A DNA stretch of 64,000 nt, from assembly GCA_012295275.1 (NCBI GenBank), contig CM022679.1:29574001-29638000 (forward strand), read 5' to 3'. Below the pieces are notes generated by a model. It was not told the DNA's origin and searched no databases. It saw only the letters and a program-made list of their open reading frames with translations. Numbering within the stretch: position 1 is the first letter of the stretch; the number at the start of each line of letters is the position of its first letter. This DNA comes from Chrysomallon squamiferum. Its lineage: Eukaryota > Animalia > Mollusca. Below, one piece after another: positions 1 through 13,964 of the stretch. The position numbers and the translations under genes were made by a program.

Positions 1-2697
1 GGTTTTTAGTGCGTAGATAAAATTTAATATGCTGTATTTTGTATTACTACAAACTGAAATATATCTATAGATTATTATTAGCTGATTAGGCTTATCTAAT
101 TTGAATTTTTCCAAATGATGTATACCAACACATTTGAAACAAAGGATTTAAGCCAAATTGATCCAAGTGTTATAAATAAACATTAGGTAATGCAGGTTAC
201 CAGTTTATCCTTTTATATTGTTTTTTTTTTCCTCCACATCCATCTGTTACAAATAAGACTTCGTTATACACATGAATATTGTATATCTCCATGAAAACAC
301 AGACTGAAGCATCCAAATCAAATTAAATTAAATGCAAAAAAATGCATTTCTTAAATTCTTAATAATAGTCTTATTACATATCTTATAGTTTTAAGATAAG
401 CAGTTGATAGGTAATGGTGTTGTAGACTAATTTGAGAATATGTTAAGTTAAACACTGAGTTAGATAGAAAATTACAACATGCAGTTTAATAGTGTTTTTA
501 TATACATGTAATTACTTTTTAAATCATAACCTGAGTACTTCATAATCAAATTTTTTTTGTTTTAAGCATGCATGCAAGCATACACAATGCAGGTGCACAT
601 GTGCACACACAAACATATATATTATTAAACACATACTAACAAGCAGTAAACTGTATATACTTAGACATGGAAATTACAAGCATATGCACATTCATAAATA
701 ATGTGATTTATGTGACTGTTCTATTTCTTTCTAATTTAAATGCACATACATGCACTTACTTACATGTAAACATGTATGTGCACACACTTACATACACATT
801 TACATGCACAAGCTACTCAGACATGTAATTTATAGACAGTTTGTGCTACTGACTGAGATGTTAAAGAGCAGTCTGTATATGTTCCCAGATGATGCACACA
901 AACATACATATGTACATAGACAGCAGTTAATATTGATCTGTGTTGTCAGGTTTGAACTCCCCTTCTGGCAGTTGTGTACTGAATATTTATAAATTTCCAG
1001 CAAGTAAAATCAGTTTAACGGTTTATTGTATAGCTCATAATGACTCAAGAGGATTGAGGAAAAAATGCATAAAAGATATTATTTATAAAAAGAAAATGGA
1101 TTGCTGTTTGAATTGTTGCCAGTGGAAACAGGAAAATTGTGGAGTTATTACACATACTTGCACATAACTACTATCTGGTTATTGTTGAAATTAATCAGTA
1201 CGAATATCAGTTAATTCTAGTACAATAGGTGATCAGTCTTTGGTAACAGGCTGCAGTGATACTAGTAATGGTAATAAAACTTGTCTGAACATCCGGCATC
1301 AAGTTATAAATGTGATGACACAAAGATCCCCTTTTTTTGTCATATCTGGTAATATTTTCATAAGCAGTGTATCCAGTTACCAGTTTAATTATCATTGGTA
1401 AGACACAGGATACTTTTCTTGTCAATTCTGGATTTGTATATTCATATCAGCATTTGTCTTCTGTCAGACAGTGTCTTCGTATTGTCAATGTTATTTCACA
1501 AAACGTTTTCTTGATTTTTTAAATTTTTATGTGGATTTGTGTAATTTGTATGTGTCTGTGTGTGTGTGAACTTACATTTTGTATGAGAAAGTAAACAGTA
1601 TGAAATATTATAAGGAAGGGAGAGAAAGGAGAGAAGAAAAAGAAAAAATTAAATACAGAGGAAAAGAAGATAAAAAAAAAAAAAAAATAAAAAAGGGAAA
1701 GAAACAAAAAAGGAGCAAGTAAAAAGGTTAAATAAGAGAAAAGAAGAATGACAATATTGCAGTTTGATTTTTATCTGCCTCAGAATCTGTCTGTCTGTCT
1801 GAGTTTGTTGGTTTCTCTGACTCAGTATCCATCTACTGTCACTTAGAACAAATATAAAGACAGAATGTTCAGCGTTAACTAAGTTCGGTAGTAAGTTATT
1901 TCCTGATTACTAAGTGTCTCAACAGCTGACACCAGATCTTAGAAGATTTACTATAGTAATTTACATGCTTTGTCCTGTGTGGTGTAGTTAATTATCTGAG
2001 TGATTATTTATTGATGTTGTTACCCCAGGCAGTCACGACATGTACAAATCCAGTTTAAATAAAACATTGCTTACTCTCACACAGCGAGGCTGCTTTTTTC
2101 ATTCATTTCAATTTTATTTTCATCTTTTTAAAAATATATCTTTGACGTTTCTTTAGCCGGTAGTTTAGTAGTTTAGTTTCAGTTAAAATATTTCTATTAT
2201 ACACAGTTTGTGTTGTACAAGTGCGTTCTCTTGAATACTTATTTTAAATTATACATGTATTCCGTCTCATTTGTTTTCTTTCCTTAGCATTTCATTTTGA
2301 GTTATTTCACAGTGCTCAGCCTAATGTGAAACCTTATGACAAACTAATATTATTATTTTGTTTTCTAACGTATCCTGTATTAGTGAAGTCCATATGCTTG
2401 ATGAAACCCATGTCCAATTACATTACTCTTTGCTTTCACACGTATTTATAGCAACTGGAACGCCTATTGTGTGCGTAACTTCAAGCTAATACCTGTGAGG
2501 TTCATCTTCAGTTCACCTGTCTATGTTTCTTCTGGCATGTTGCTAATTAATAACTTCCTTTTTAACAGCTAGCAGTAAGATGTAATTTAATGAATAATCT
2601 TCAGATAAAAAATAATTTTATTTAGAAATAATTACTATATGATTTATGGATTTTCTCGTCTTTTTTTTTTTCTGGTTTGGTGGGGCTTTTTTTATTT

Positions 2698-2751
<54 letters not shown>

Positions 2752-5700
2752 TAATTTTTTATTTTTCTTATTTTTTTTTATTTTTTTTTTTTATTGATTA
2801 TATATATTAAATATTGAATTTATGTGATTGCAAACTTTCTTCTATCAGATTTTTTGTTGAAAGCATATTTTATAAGCTGTTTTGGTGATTTTCTTTTTGT
2901 GTGTATTTTTTTTTCCTTCAAATCCATTTTTAAAAAGAATAATATAACAGAAGATGAGCCTTTTATTATTGAAAAAAAAAACATTTTTTTTTTGTTTGTT
3001 TGTTCGGCTGCCAATTGACAGATAAAATGACATTTTATGTTTGACTTGGATTACATTGACTAGGATTAATGAACTTAGATTACAGGTGAAATATTCATGT
3101 TGGGGTTTATCTCAGATTAAAACAGAAAACAGGAAATCATTTATTACAGTTATCATACTATCAGTTACTCATGTTTGTCTATTTCTGTTACAGATTAATG
3201 TTTTTAATAACCTGCGTTATTAGAGGTGATTCATACAGTATATTGTTACAGTAGATTTGTGTAACATGTCATTACAGGTATTTGTAAAATGAATTGTTAC
3301 AGGTAAATTATACCTACATAACTAATCACTTTGGTGTAAGATCCTTTTGCTAATTAAAATAATTATCAGATTTAATTTAAGCCTACTCCAATAGCACAAA
3401 ATAAAAGGTCTCTTTGGAATACTAATAAAACTTGTTTTTTTTTTTTTTTTTTTTTTAACGTTTTTTCCTTCTTCCTAAGCAATATAATCAGATCCATTAT
3501 TATTGGTATTATAATAATTATTATTACCTTGTTTTTCTTCCTTTTTTTTTCTTCTTTCTAATACTATAATCAGACCAATTACAATGTAAATTAAAAATTT
3601 CCAGAGAAACCCACACCAATCTGTAGTCTGACTAATGAAATTGTGCATTTGCCATACAGTTTTCCAGCAAATGATGAAAACGTCAGTCATCCATTCATCT
3701 GTTATTCTTCACACCTTCTAGAACAAAAGATGTCTGCAAATCTCCTACAGCCAAAACTGTTCAGATCATGACCACCATAGTAATGTTGTACCATGATGTG
3801 ATTTCACTTGTTTCAGAACACAAGCAGACTATCTTAGGCTCTTCTAAATTGTTCAAGCCAGTTCATTTTTCATTTCTTTTCCAATCTGTTTCTTTATTGC
3901 TGTCCATCTGTTGTCCATTTTGTCCATTTCTGCAGATAGAACTGATGGCAATGAAAATTGGGATATTTTTATTAATGACAATTAGTAGCTGAAAGTAAAA
4001 ATATATTGCATATATTCTAACATAAAACTTATCTAATATGTATATATATGTAATTTCATTAGAAGAAAAAACCCTTACTGTCTGTGTTTATTAAAATTTA
4101 TTTACATTGAAACTTGTACATTAAATGTTGTAAAAATATTTAGTTCAGTTTCTGTAATATAAAAATCCATACATTTATCCTTTTGATCCTTGACTTAATA
4201 AATACAAAAATAATGTATATATTAAATACTAATTTCATAAACATTAAAATTTTGCATTTATTATTCCGGTCACATACAGACTAATAGTGAGACTGGAGAA
4301 AGTGTAAAATTTCATTACGGATTGACTGATATTTTAATCTTGAGTTAAATATGATTTGTTCATGTGGTGAATTTTCTACTCTGGGGTGTGTGGTGGATAT
4401 GACATGAAGGACTCCAGGCACATATGTTGTCTCAGGATATCATTATAACTTCGTGATTTGATGTCAGCAGCCCTGTGGCATAAGTAAGATGTTTCAAGAG
4501 TTTCATATCACCTTCAGAAAAATCTATATCAACAAACAGATACTGCAGTAGGAGCTCAGATGTTTCATCTATCATACTTTAACAGCTTATTGCTTTTCTG
4601 TAATTATTCTTATTAATGGTGGTGGTGGTAGTAGTTGCTATAGTAGTAGCAGCAGCAGCTGCAACACTAGAAGTAGTATTAATAATTTGTTGAAAACTGA
4701 TTCCAAAATAATTCTTTCTAAGTGCTTTAAATAGACTATTTCTCATTCCAGTTTGTAAAAGCCATGCTATTACTTTCCATTGTCATATCATCGTTTTACA
4801 ACAACTAACACTTTTAAAATTAACTCATAGTAACTAGTAATAGTAAAATACTTAAAGGTTAAAACAAAAAAAAATAATAAATCATTCTTTTAAGCAGAAA
4901 GATATTAAAAAATAAATAAATAGAAAAAAAAAAGAATGGCTCTAAATTTTAATGCTTGCAGTTAGTTAATTCATTACTGTACATCACATCAAAATATTGG
5001 CTAAAACTGCTGTTCTTTATTGACTTGTGTTTTTGTCATGACTACCATGAATCATACAATCCATGAAGCATTACTCATCTGAGTTTCTGCATTGCGTTTG
5101 CTGTATCTTGTTTTATAACATTCTTAATTTGCAGTCATCATCATAGTCTTTTCATTTGCACCAGACGCATGCATTACTCAGAGTCTATTTTTTTAAATCT
5201 TGCTACTACAAATTGTTATGCAGAGTGTAGAGATTAATTGGAAGGTGAATCACCAGCTGAGATGTAGGAAAAGAAAAGGAATATTTGATTAATGGCTGCA
5301 CTGGGAATCAGCGACATTGCGTAATGATGGGTTAGGATATTATTTAATTGGTAATTCTTACATGCTTAACAAGTGTAAGCAAATTTGTGGCAAGAAAATA
5401 CCAGGAATATTCCTAATAAAATTGATTTTTTTTTTTTTTTTTCCTATGTACTGAAAGAAAATTTCAGAAAAGATGTAAATATGGATAGTTAGATCACTGA
5501 TCAGTACTCGCCAAAATTTCACAAAAATATTATCTTGATATTAATAGTAAACTTTGTTCCCACCATGATTACATTTCATTAAAACTATTTCTACAGTATT
5601 TTATAATCTTCATTTTTAATTTTATTTTTTTTTTTTAGAAAATTTGATTTCAGTTCCAATAGGTTTTTTTTCAAGCTATGTGTAAATTACAAAATTTGAG

Positions 5701-7119
5701 AATGCCACCATTAATGGAAGTACACTGATTATCGATCCAAATTTTAAACCATTAAGTTTTTATTTTATTTTAAATTTATACTCAATTACATATCACCACA
5801 ATGAAAATAATTAATGTTTTTTTTTCTTGAAGAAAACCCCAATTCTTTGCTTCAGAGGTGTGTATTTTAAATAAAACTTAGCTGTTTACAACCAGCATGC
5901 AGTAAAGTTGCAGACAGGGCGTCCACGCGTGAAAACAACTTCTATTATCAGCCTGGCCGACTGACAAGTCAGTGTCTTCCCAGGGGTCCTTTCTCATTGC
6001 AAATGTCGATAGCGCTGTTGTGTTGGCTTGTCTCACAAAGCCAGCACCACGATGGTCAAGAGGGTCAATGTATCACTTGCCGTCACAAGTACAGCACCTC
6101 TTTCAGGTTGTGTCAGTCCTCGCGTACCACGTGATCCTCTTCAGACCAAGTGCTAAATCACTCGGACCATAATCTTCTGTGAGAAGCTGTCTGGGACGTC
6201 TCACTTCTGTGTAGGCTTAAAGATAAAATGGTCAAGCAATGAATGGCTATTTATTTTAGTGACGTTTGTGACACATATTTCTGTGTCAGCAGTAATTTGA
6301 TATATCAAACTGATGAGTTTTAAAAAAAAAAAAATAAATAGAAAGTCTTCAGTGATAACAAGGGAAAACAGTCTCATTTACAGTCATTTAATTTTCTGTT
6401 TTCTTGTTAAAGTGAAACTGAATATTTCACTAAGTACATGTAAAACTTATTTTCTCTGGACATCATCATTTCTTTTCCTTTTAATATTTTTAAAAAGTTT
6501 ATTATTATTATTTATTTTTTATTTTCCTTTATTTTTGTTTCAATACATTTTTTTAATATTACTATTTTTTAATACTTGATAGTAAACGTTAAGTTGGAAA
6601 TCTTGTTTTTGCTGGTAGACATTGATTTGTTATGACTGAAAACCTCATTGTCTTAGCTGGTCATGCCTTGAAGATCAACAACGCTTTCATAACCTTCTTA
6701 GCTAAGATTTGTGGTTTCTTTTTTCTTTCTTTCTATCTCTAGCTTTTATTTTTTTTTATTTAACTTTTTTTTTTTTTTTTCCTGACCAAAAGGAAAAGGT
6801 CCATTGATTAGCTATATTCCAATCCGCATTCATTTACAAGTTAAAGCAGCTTCCTATTGGTAATCGATTGTACAAGAATGTTCAGCCACATGCACACAAT
6901 TTATCCACCGACATGTATTTGTTGCCTAGCAACTGAACTCAGCTCCATGTAGGTAGCAGGAGATTACATGCATGTCAACGCACCTGGATGTGACTTTATG
7001 GCTGCAGGTGCCAAATAATAAAACAACGATAAAGAAAGATGAAAAAAATAAAAATAATAAAAACAACCAATAAAGAATGCCTGCTTGACAGCTTAATGTC
7101 ACATCAAGACACAGTTATA

Positions 7120-7270
7120 AACTAGATTTTCCAGGAATAAATAAATAAATGTATAAAAACTCAACATTTGTTAATATTAATAATTATAAATTGGAATCAG
7201 GGAATGAATAAATGAATAAATAAATCTGAAAATTAAAAACTCAACATTTGTTAATATTATTAATTAATAA
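7120..7270. repeat. Two-copy ~80-bp direct repeat
   Basis: AAAAACTCAACATTTGTTAATATTA at ~7155 and ~7235. Confidence 0.75.
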
Positions 7271-10200
7271 AAGGAACGAATGGCTAAATAAATGTCTGAT
7301 ATAAATAAATGTGTAATGATTTCTTATTATTTGCTGATATTAATGATAATAAAGTGTTGTGACGTAAGTGATCGCATAAAAAGCAAATTTGTCAGCATGA
7401 TGAATGCCTCCAAGACTGAATAACAACAAACAGTCTTTTATACAGTGCTTTATGCATTGCGTTCTGTTGTTGGAATGAAACATTGTCTGAAGCTTTCATT
7501 AAAGCACTGTTTAGAACATAAATCAGTCAGCGTTCATTAAAAAGGACTGATATGGTCACCTGGTTAATATTACCGCTGAGCTAGAATATGTTCCTTATTT
7601 GTCTTTTCTTATTGGATTGTATTTAGATACTTGGTGTTAATAATAAAAAGACAGTAACAATATTAAACATGGAGGATATTGGTTTGAATACTAAACCAAA
7701 GCATGTTACGTATTTCCTTTTCTTTTTCTTTTTTTTACTGACTTACCTATTCACTAGGTGTTAAGAACAACAACACTAAATAAAAGAATAGTAATCATAT
7801 TAAAGATTTTCGATATGAATTTTACTACCAAACAAAGTATATTCCATATTCGGCCTTTTTTTTTTTCTTCTTTTTTTTTTTTGCTCTATTGTATCTGTGT
7901 TATTAAAAACAGAAAGATAGTAACTTTATTAAGTATGGTGGATATCAGTTTTAGTCCACACACTGGAACATGCATCACTGGCTTTGCTGGATGTACCACA
8001 GGGTGTGATAACTTACTTATCTCACAGGAGTCCATTAATACACCACTAATGTTCCAGTTGCCTGCATCTCTCTGGAGAATCAGTTCTAGCTGCTTTCATC
8101 TCTGACATTTCGTTTTTCACTTTCCTCTGCCCACTGTTACAGCTAAAATTTCAAACAGCACAAACTTTGACATTAATGTTAATTTAATAATTCTTTTACA
8201 ATCTGTATTAGTTACCCATATTTGTTTCCTTAAATATCAATTTCAGGATAAATTTAGCTAAATTCTTTGTTAAATATTTCAGTATTTTGGTGGGTTTTTT
8301 TTTTTTTTTCACATTATTTTTCTCAAACACTCTAAAAGCACTGACTGGTATTAAAATCATCAAATTTAGGTGAATATTTCCAGAAATATAAAACCACTTT
8401 GACTATGCAGACACAAACTGTGGATTCAGTGGTCAAAAACTGTAAAAAAAAAACAACAGAGTCAAACAGACTGATGAAAACTGAAAGGTTACTTGAATAG
8501 CCATGCAGCAAGTCACATTTAGATGTTGTAGTACTGTGCATTTCCATGGATTGCTTTTTATTGCCACAACTCGATATCATTATTTTATTTTATTTTTTTC
8601 ATTATTCAGTATTAATGCTGACAATGTAATCTCAAATGTGCTGTCACAAATCAAGTTTCAGATTTTGTCTCATCTGTGACATTATTCCAAGTGAATTGTG
8701 TTGCTCTCTGTTTTATCTCTGATTGAGTTTTTTGTTGCTTTTTTTTTTTTAAATTTTATTTATCATGTGTTCTTTTATAGCAGCCAGACTTGATTATTTT
8801 ACTTTTTATTTCATCCATGTTCAGACACTCAGTCTCATTTGTAACATCAGATTGACTGAATTAATAAATATTACATCAACATCCAACACATTCTGATTTT
8901 TTTTTTGTCTGTGTGTAATGATGAATACTGGAAGGTAAAGATGATGAAGCCATTACATGAACCACAGTGCTACTTTTACGAGTAAATAGTAAAACAAGAA
9001 TATTTTTTATATGCGCTTTCCAAAGTATTCCTTGCTGTTTCATATGCTTGATGGTGAATACTAGATTGAATTGAGAAATGTCTGATGAGGGAAAGAGAAA
9101 ATTTTACTATGATGCAGTAAAGTCATACTGAATGGTGTTGCTCTTTGAAATTCTGTTGTGTGTGCTTTTTATATCTGTAGGAAGATGCTGGTGTTTGATT
9201 AAAAGTGGATTACACCTATCAGATAAAAGTATTATTTAAATATTAAAAGTTTAATAAATATTCAAGCAACTTTTATTTTCTTTTTTTTATTGTTATTTAT
9301 TTATTTTATTTATTTTATTTATTTATTTATGGATTTTATTTTATTTTCTTATTTTTTTTATCTATTTATTTTTTTCCTGTGTGTATCGGCCAGTAACTGA
9401 AGGTTTGAGGATGGACTAGGGTTGCAGTCACATTGTGTTCTGCTGCTGCTGTGACATTAACATTTGTTCCTAGCAGACAGACATAAATCTATCAGACCCC
9501 AGTAAACACACTGCCGAGTTATTGAATCTTGTCTCTTGCTGCATAATCACAAATCAATAAATAAAAATTATAGCTAAAAAATTTCCTTCTTTCCCTTCCT
9601 GATTTTTAAAAGAAATTTCTAATAAAATAGAACATAGGCACTCAGAGACATTCTTGAGTGATTCCCTGACAGTTTGTAGACCAAAAGTAATTATAGAGTC
9701 AAATCTCAATAAACAGAGCATGTCACAAACTTTATTCTAAATACTGAATCTCTTTTGCTGTTTAATCTTAAACCTATTAGCAATTCAGCAGTTTCCAGAT
9801 GGAATCATAGCCATATTATCTAGCATTACACACCATACCCAGATTTCCAGTGAATAATGGAAAGCATTTTTATCTAGTCTCTCTGTTTGTTCATTATATT
9901 AATGGACTGTAGCCAAGATGGGCTTGCTTGAGCAATTATTTCAAAATCTGCATGCACCCTAATAAACGGTCTGTTGGCAGTATTGAAAACAAATATTTAA
10001 TCTTTCTATTGCTGGATAATTGTAGAGCAGTGCATCGTGTCCTTGGCAGCTTTGCCTGGTTAGTTCTTTGATGGCAGCATGTCAGGAATTAACCACATTT
10101 TCACTACACCAGACCCAGTAAACAGTTCATTGGCTATCTTCACAGCAAGTCATTAAATCAGTCAGTTATTGTATAATCTTAAACCAATACAGTGTGTTTG

Positions 10201-11129
10201 TGACAAACTTGATTGAGCAGTTCTGTGATGGAAGCATGCCAAAATGAACCATACATATACACATATATATATATAATTTATATATTATAACCAGCTCCCA
10301 GGGACTAATAAAGAGTAAAGTTGGCCAAAACAGTTTCATAATCATCAATCAATATACTGCATGCAGAGGACATGAACATTTTATCCAGTCCAAGCACTGC
10401 CATTGTTCTGATAGTTTTTTCTTAGTTTCCTTCTTTTTTTTTTTCTTTTTTTTTTTAAATGTGACCTTGACCTTAACAGTAACATGTCACATGACTCTAT
10501 ATCCTGCTGAACTAAATGAGGTAGTTATTAATGCTGTTTTTTTTTTTTGCTTTTTTTTTTTTTTTTTTGTTTTTTTGTTTGTTCAAATCAATATATTATA
10601 GAGGAAACATGCAGCATTTGCATGCTGGAACCGAATGATCAGCTGGCATTGCTATGGCAACTTCATCAACAGATGTGTGACAATGCCACAATGACTGAGC
10701 GAGGACAGTAATTTCTCGGCCATCACCGACTCGACTGCCTTGATTAGATTTCAGTTTTCCATTAGGTTTCACTTCCATTAAAACAGCTGTTAGGAGATTA
10801 AAGTGTTGCCCTGTTTTCCACACGTCCACATAATCATCATTCTTAAGTATGCACACAGCTGAATAATTTACACCACTCCACGCCATTGTTGTCCTATTAC
10901 TCTGTAATTTCGTTCCTCTCCGTTCCGGAGCATCGCCATGGAAACTGCGGTTTGAATTGTATTACCAGTAATTATCAAGGGGGTTATCTTTGCAAAGTGA
11001 AGTAAAATTTTATTATTTTTATTTTATTTTAATTTTTTTCTCTTGCTTTGGTAATTCGACATAGATGGATGTTTTGAATAAATAAAATTTTATATATATT
11101 AACAAGAATATAATTTAGGTAAATAATTG

Positions 11130-11240
11130 CATCAACTGACGTAATAATACTAGAAATCAGCATAAGTTAATATAACGGAAATCAACATAAGTTATAACAG
11201 TAGAAGTCAACACAAGTTACAGTAATAGAAATTGTTCATA
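11130..11240. repeat. Short ~23-25-bp tandem repeat
   Basis: AGAAATCA(G/A)CATAAGTTA variants, about four copies. Confidence 0.65.
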
Positions 11241-13247
11241 GAGGTAGGTTATGTGTAGATCTATAAAGTAACAATTGTTTATAGAAACGTATGTGAACAA
11301 CAATCATAATTTACTCTGTACACTAATTCTTTTGACAACAGTTACCTGGTCTTTTCATTGGAGATAAAAACATGTTATATGTATTTACAATAGTCTCCAT
11401 TAACTTACAGCAGATGCATTATTATATTAGAAAGTAAGAACTGATGAATTTTCTTGTTTCTGCAATGTTAAAAATATTATATTAGTTTGTATTTTATCAA
11501 AGGGAAGAACTGATATATAGTTCACTGTTTGATAGAATAAAAATATTTTTATGTTTTTCACCAATGTCAGGATTATAATACAATTTTAAAAACAAATTTT
11601 TTCTCTAATGGTTTATAAACATAATTGTGTTAATTTTTATTATTTTATCTTTATTGTTCATTGTATATATTTATTTGCTTTTATAACTAGCCTACTTAAT
11701 ATTCAGATATATTTTATATTTATTTTGTTAACTAAATTTGTTTTTGGTGTTTGATTTAAGTTGCTGTTGCTGTTATTTTCAACAGATCTGTGTTAGTTCA
11801 TGCTTGAAGGTAACTATGTTAAATGGAGAGAACAAGTCTTTAGATTGGCTTCTAATTTTTCTCCAGTAATTGTATTTGTTTTTAATTTCAGGATGTTAAA
11901 TATTTATTTTATTTATTTATTAACTTTACTGTGTAATTCACTTACAATGTGACAGTTTTGACAAAATAAATATATTAATGAAAAATACCAAAATAAGAAA
12001 TTAGTGTGCATCAGTTAAAACAGTTTTATTGAATATTCAGTATTGATTTATTCAGTTATTAGTTTAGACATTCTTTTGCTACTTTATTAATATATATATT
12101 TCACTTTCTTCTCAACATTTCAAAGTTATAATTATTTTAAACATTAATTTATTCTTACAGTTTATTAAAAAGGTTTTATCAAACTGATCAGAATTCAGCA
12201 GTTCCTTTACGTCAGCATGGGTCATTAGGGAAATTAAACAATAAACAGAAAGGTTGTTGCCACAGACCTTGTTTATCTCATAAACTCTATAGACAGTCTG
12301 TTTACATGTATATTTGTATTGATGTTAGTAAATAAATTAAAAGAAGTAGAAGGCTAACAGTCTTATTTCTGTATACGTGATTTACATAAAATAGTTTGTA
12401 AAAAAGAATACCTCAGCATGGCACTTTTTATTAAGCCTTAATTCAGTCACAACAACTTGTTTTCAGCAGTGCTCTCATTCATACATTATTTAACACCAAA
12501 TATTTACCCTATTAAACTTCATACTGGACAAAAAAATACAGAGTGAATTGTACCCATGATTGTTAATCATGATACTACTGTTCAGAAAGGAATAATGAGT
12601 CATGGTTCAGTAATTAGTGGGCAGACTCAAGGTACAACAGTCATCTGATCAGCAAACTCTAGTGCTTTGTTGTTTGTAGGATAATAAATATAATAGATCC
12701 CTTGTTGATAAGAATGTACCATTGTTTGCAGACATCAAATAATCATTAACATTTAAGTTTGTTCAAATGATGAAAAAAATTAATTTCATAATTTTTATTT
12801 ATTTTTAAACATTTAAAAAATTTTTAGTTTTTTTCAAATTCATTGGCATCAAAAAAAAAAAACTTCTGTTTAAATCTATTTATTTCATCGTCTTTTCTTC
12901 TTTTTTTTCAGTTTTTTTGTTGTTTCAATTTAATTTTTTTTTCTTCTTCTTCTTCTTCTTCGCTTATATATTACTGGCAGCCACATCACCGACTGTTTGA
13001 CTTGGTGGATTCTGAGAAAGGCAAGTGATGCTTGAAATGAAATTACAGCCTGCAGCCACTTATATTTTTAAACTCATATTTACTTAGCACTATGGCGACA
13101 CTGGTTTATTGGGTTTGGTTGTAGTCTGGTTGGCAAATCTGTCAACTGTGATAAACTTTCAATATCTTGTATCTTTCACTTTCAAGGAAAACACAAAGGT
13201 TGAATCCTTTATCAAACAGGTCATTGTGTTTGTATGTATTTTGCAGC

Positions 13248-13770
13248 AGAAAGTTTGTGTAGAGTAAATTCCCTAGTGTTCTTTTGAAAAATGTGTTTGT
13301 TTTCCAGTCACATTTATTAATTGTCACTAAAAACAATTTCAATGTTTGTGATTTAATAGCTTGTTACATTCAGTTGTGTATTTCTTAAAGAATAGAACAG
13401 TTTGTGTAGAATAAATTCCCAATGTTGTTTTGAAAATGTGTTTTTGATATTGAATCATAGTCATTATCTTTACTAAAAAATAATCTTCAACATTTATAAT
13501 TTAATATTTCATTATATTTATGTATTCCTACAAAAAATAGAACAGTTTGGGTAGAATAAATTAGAAAATACTGTTTGGTTTTGAATCACTTTAATTAAAT
13601 GTCACTTTAAAAATAACTGTCAAAATCTACAGCTTGTTGTATCTAAGAATAAAATTCAAATGTTGTTTTGGAGAATTTATCTGATTTCAAATTAGATATT
13701 TTAAATGTTAACTTTTATTTATAAGCAGCTTAAAATATTTATCTTTTTTTGAAATACTAGAAACAGCTGT
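13248..13770. repeat. Diverged ~146-bp tandem repeat (3-4 copies)
   Basis: AGAA(A/C)AGTTTG(T/G)GTAGA(G/A)TAAATT-like block at 13248, 13394, 13539, partial at ~13646. Confidence 0.75.
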
Positions 13771-13922
13771 ATTGTCTACAGTGTGTGGGAGTTGTGATTA
13801 ACAGATTACATACATTGTTCATGTCTCGTATCCTACTGAAAAATAATTAATTTTCTTAAATGTTGGATTAACATATTTCTTGGTTCAAATATGTATTATT
13901 ATGAGTATAAAAGCGAGATTAA

Positions 13923-13964
<42 letters not shown>

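Noticed and set aside
6014-6056. Hairpin GCTGTTGTGTTGGCTT...AAGCCAGCACCACGATGGT as a pre-miRNA
   Set aside because: Too short, depends on many G-U pairs, and has no mature sequence I recognise.
8392-8410. Minus-strand resemblance to miR-153 (TGCATAGTCA)
   Set aside because: Only a partial match, and no complementary star arm was seen.
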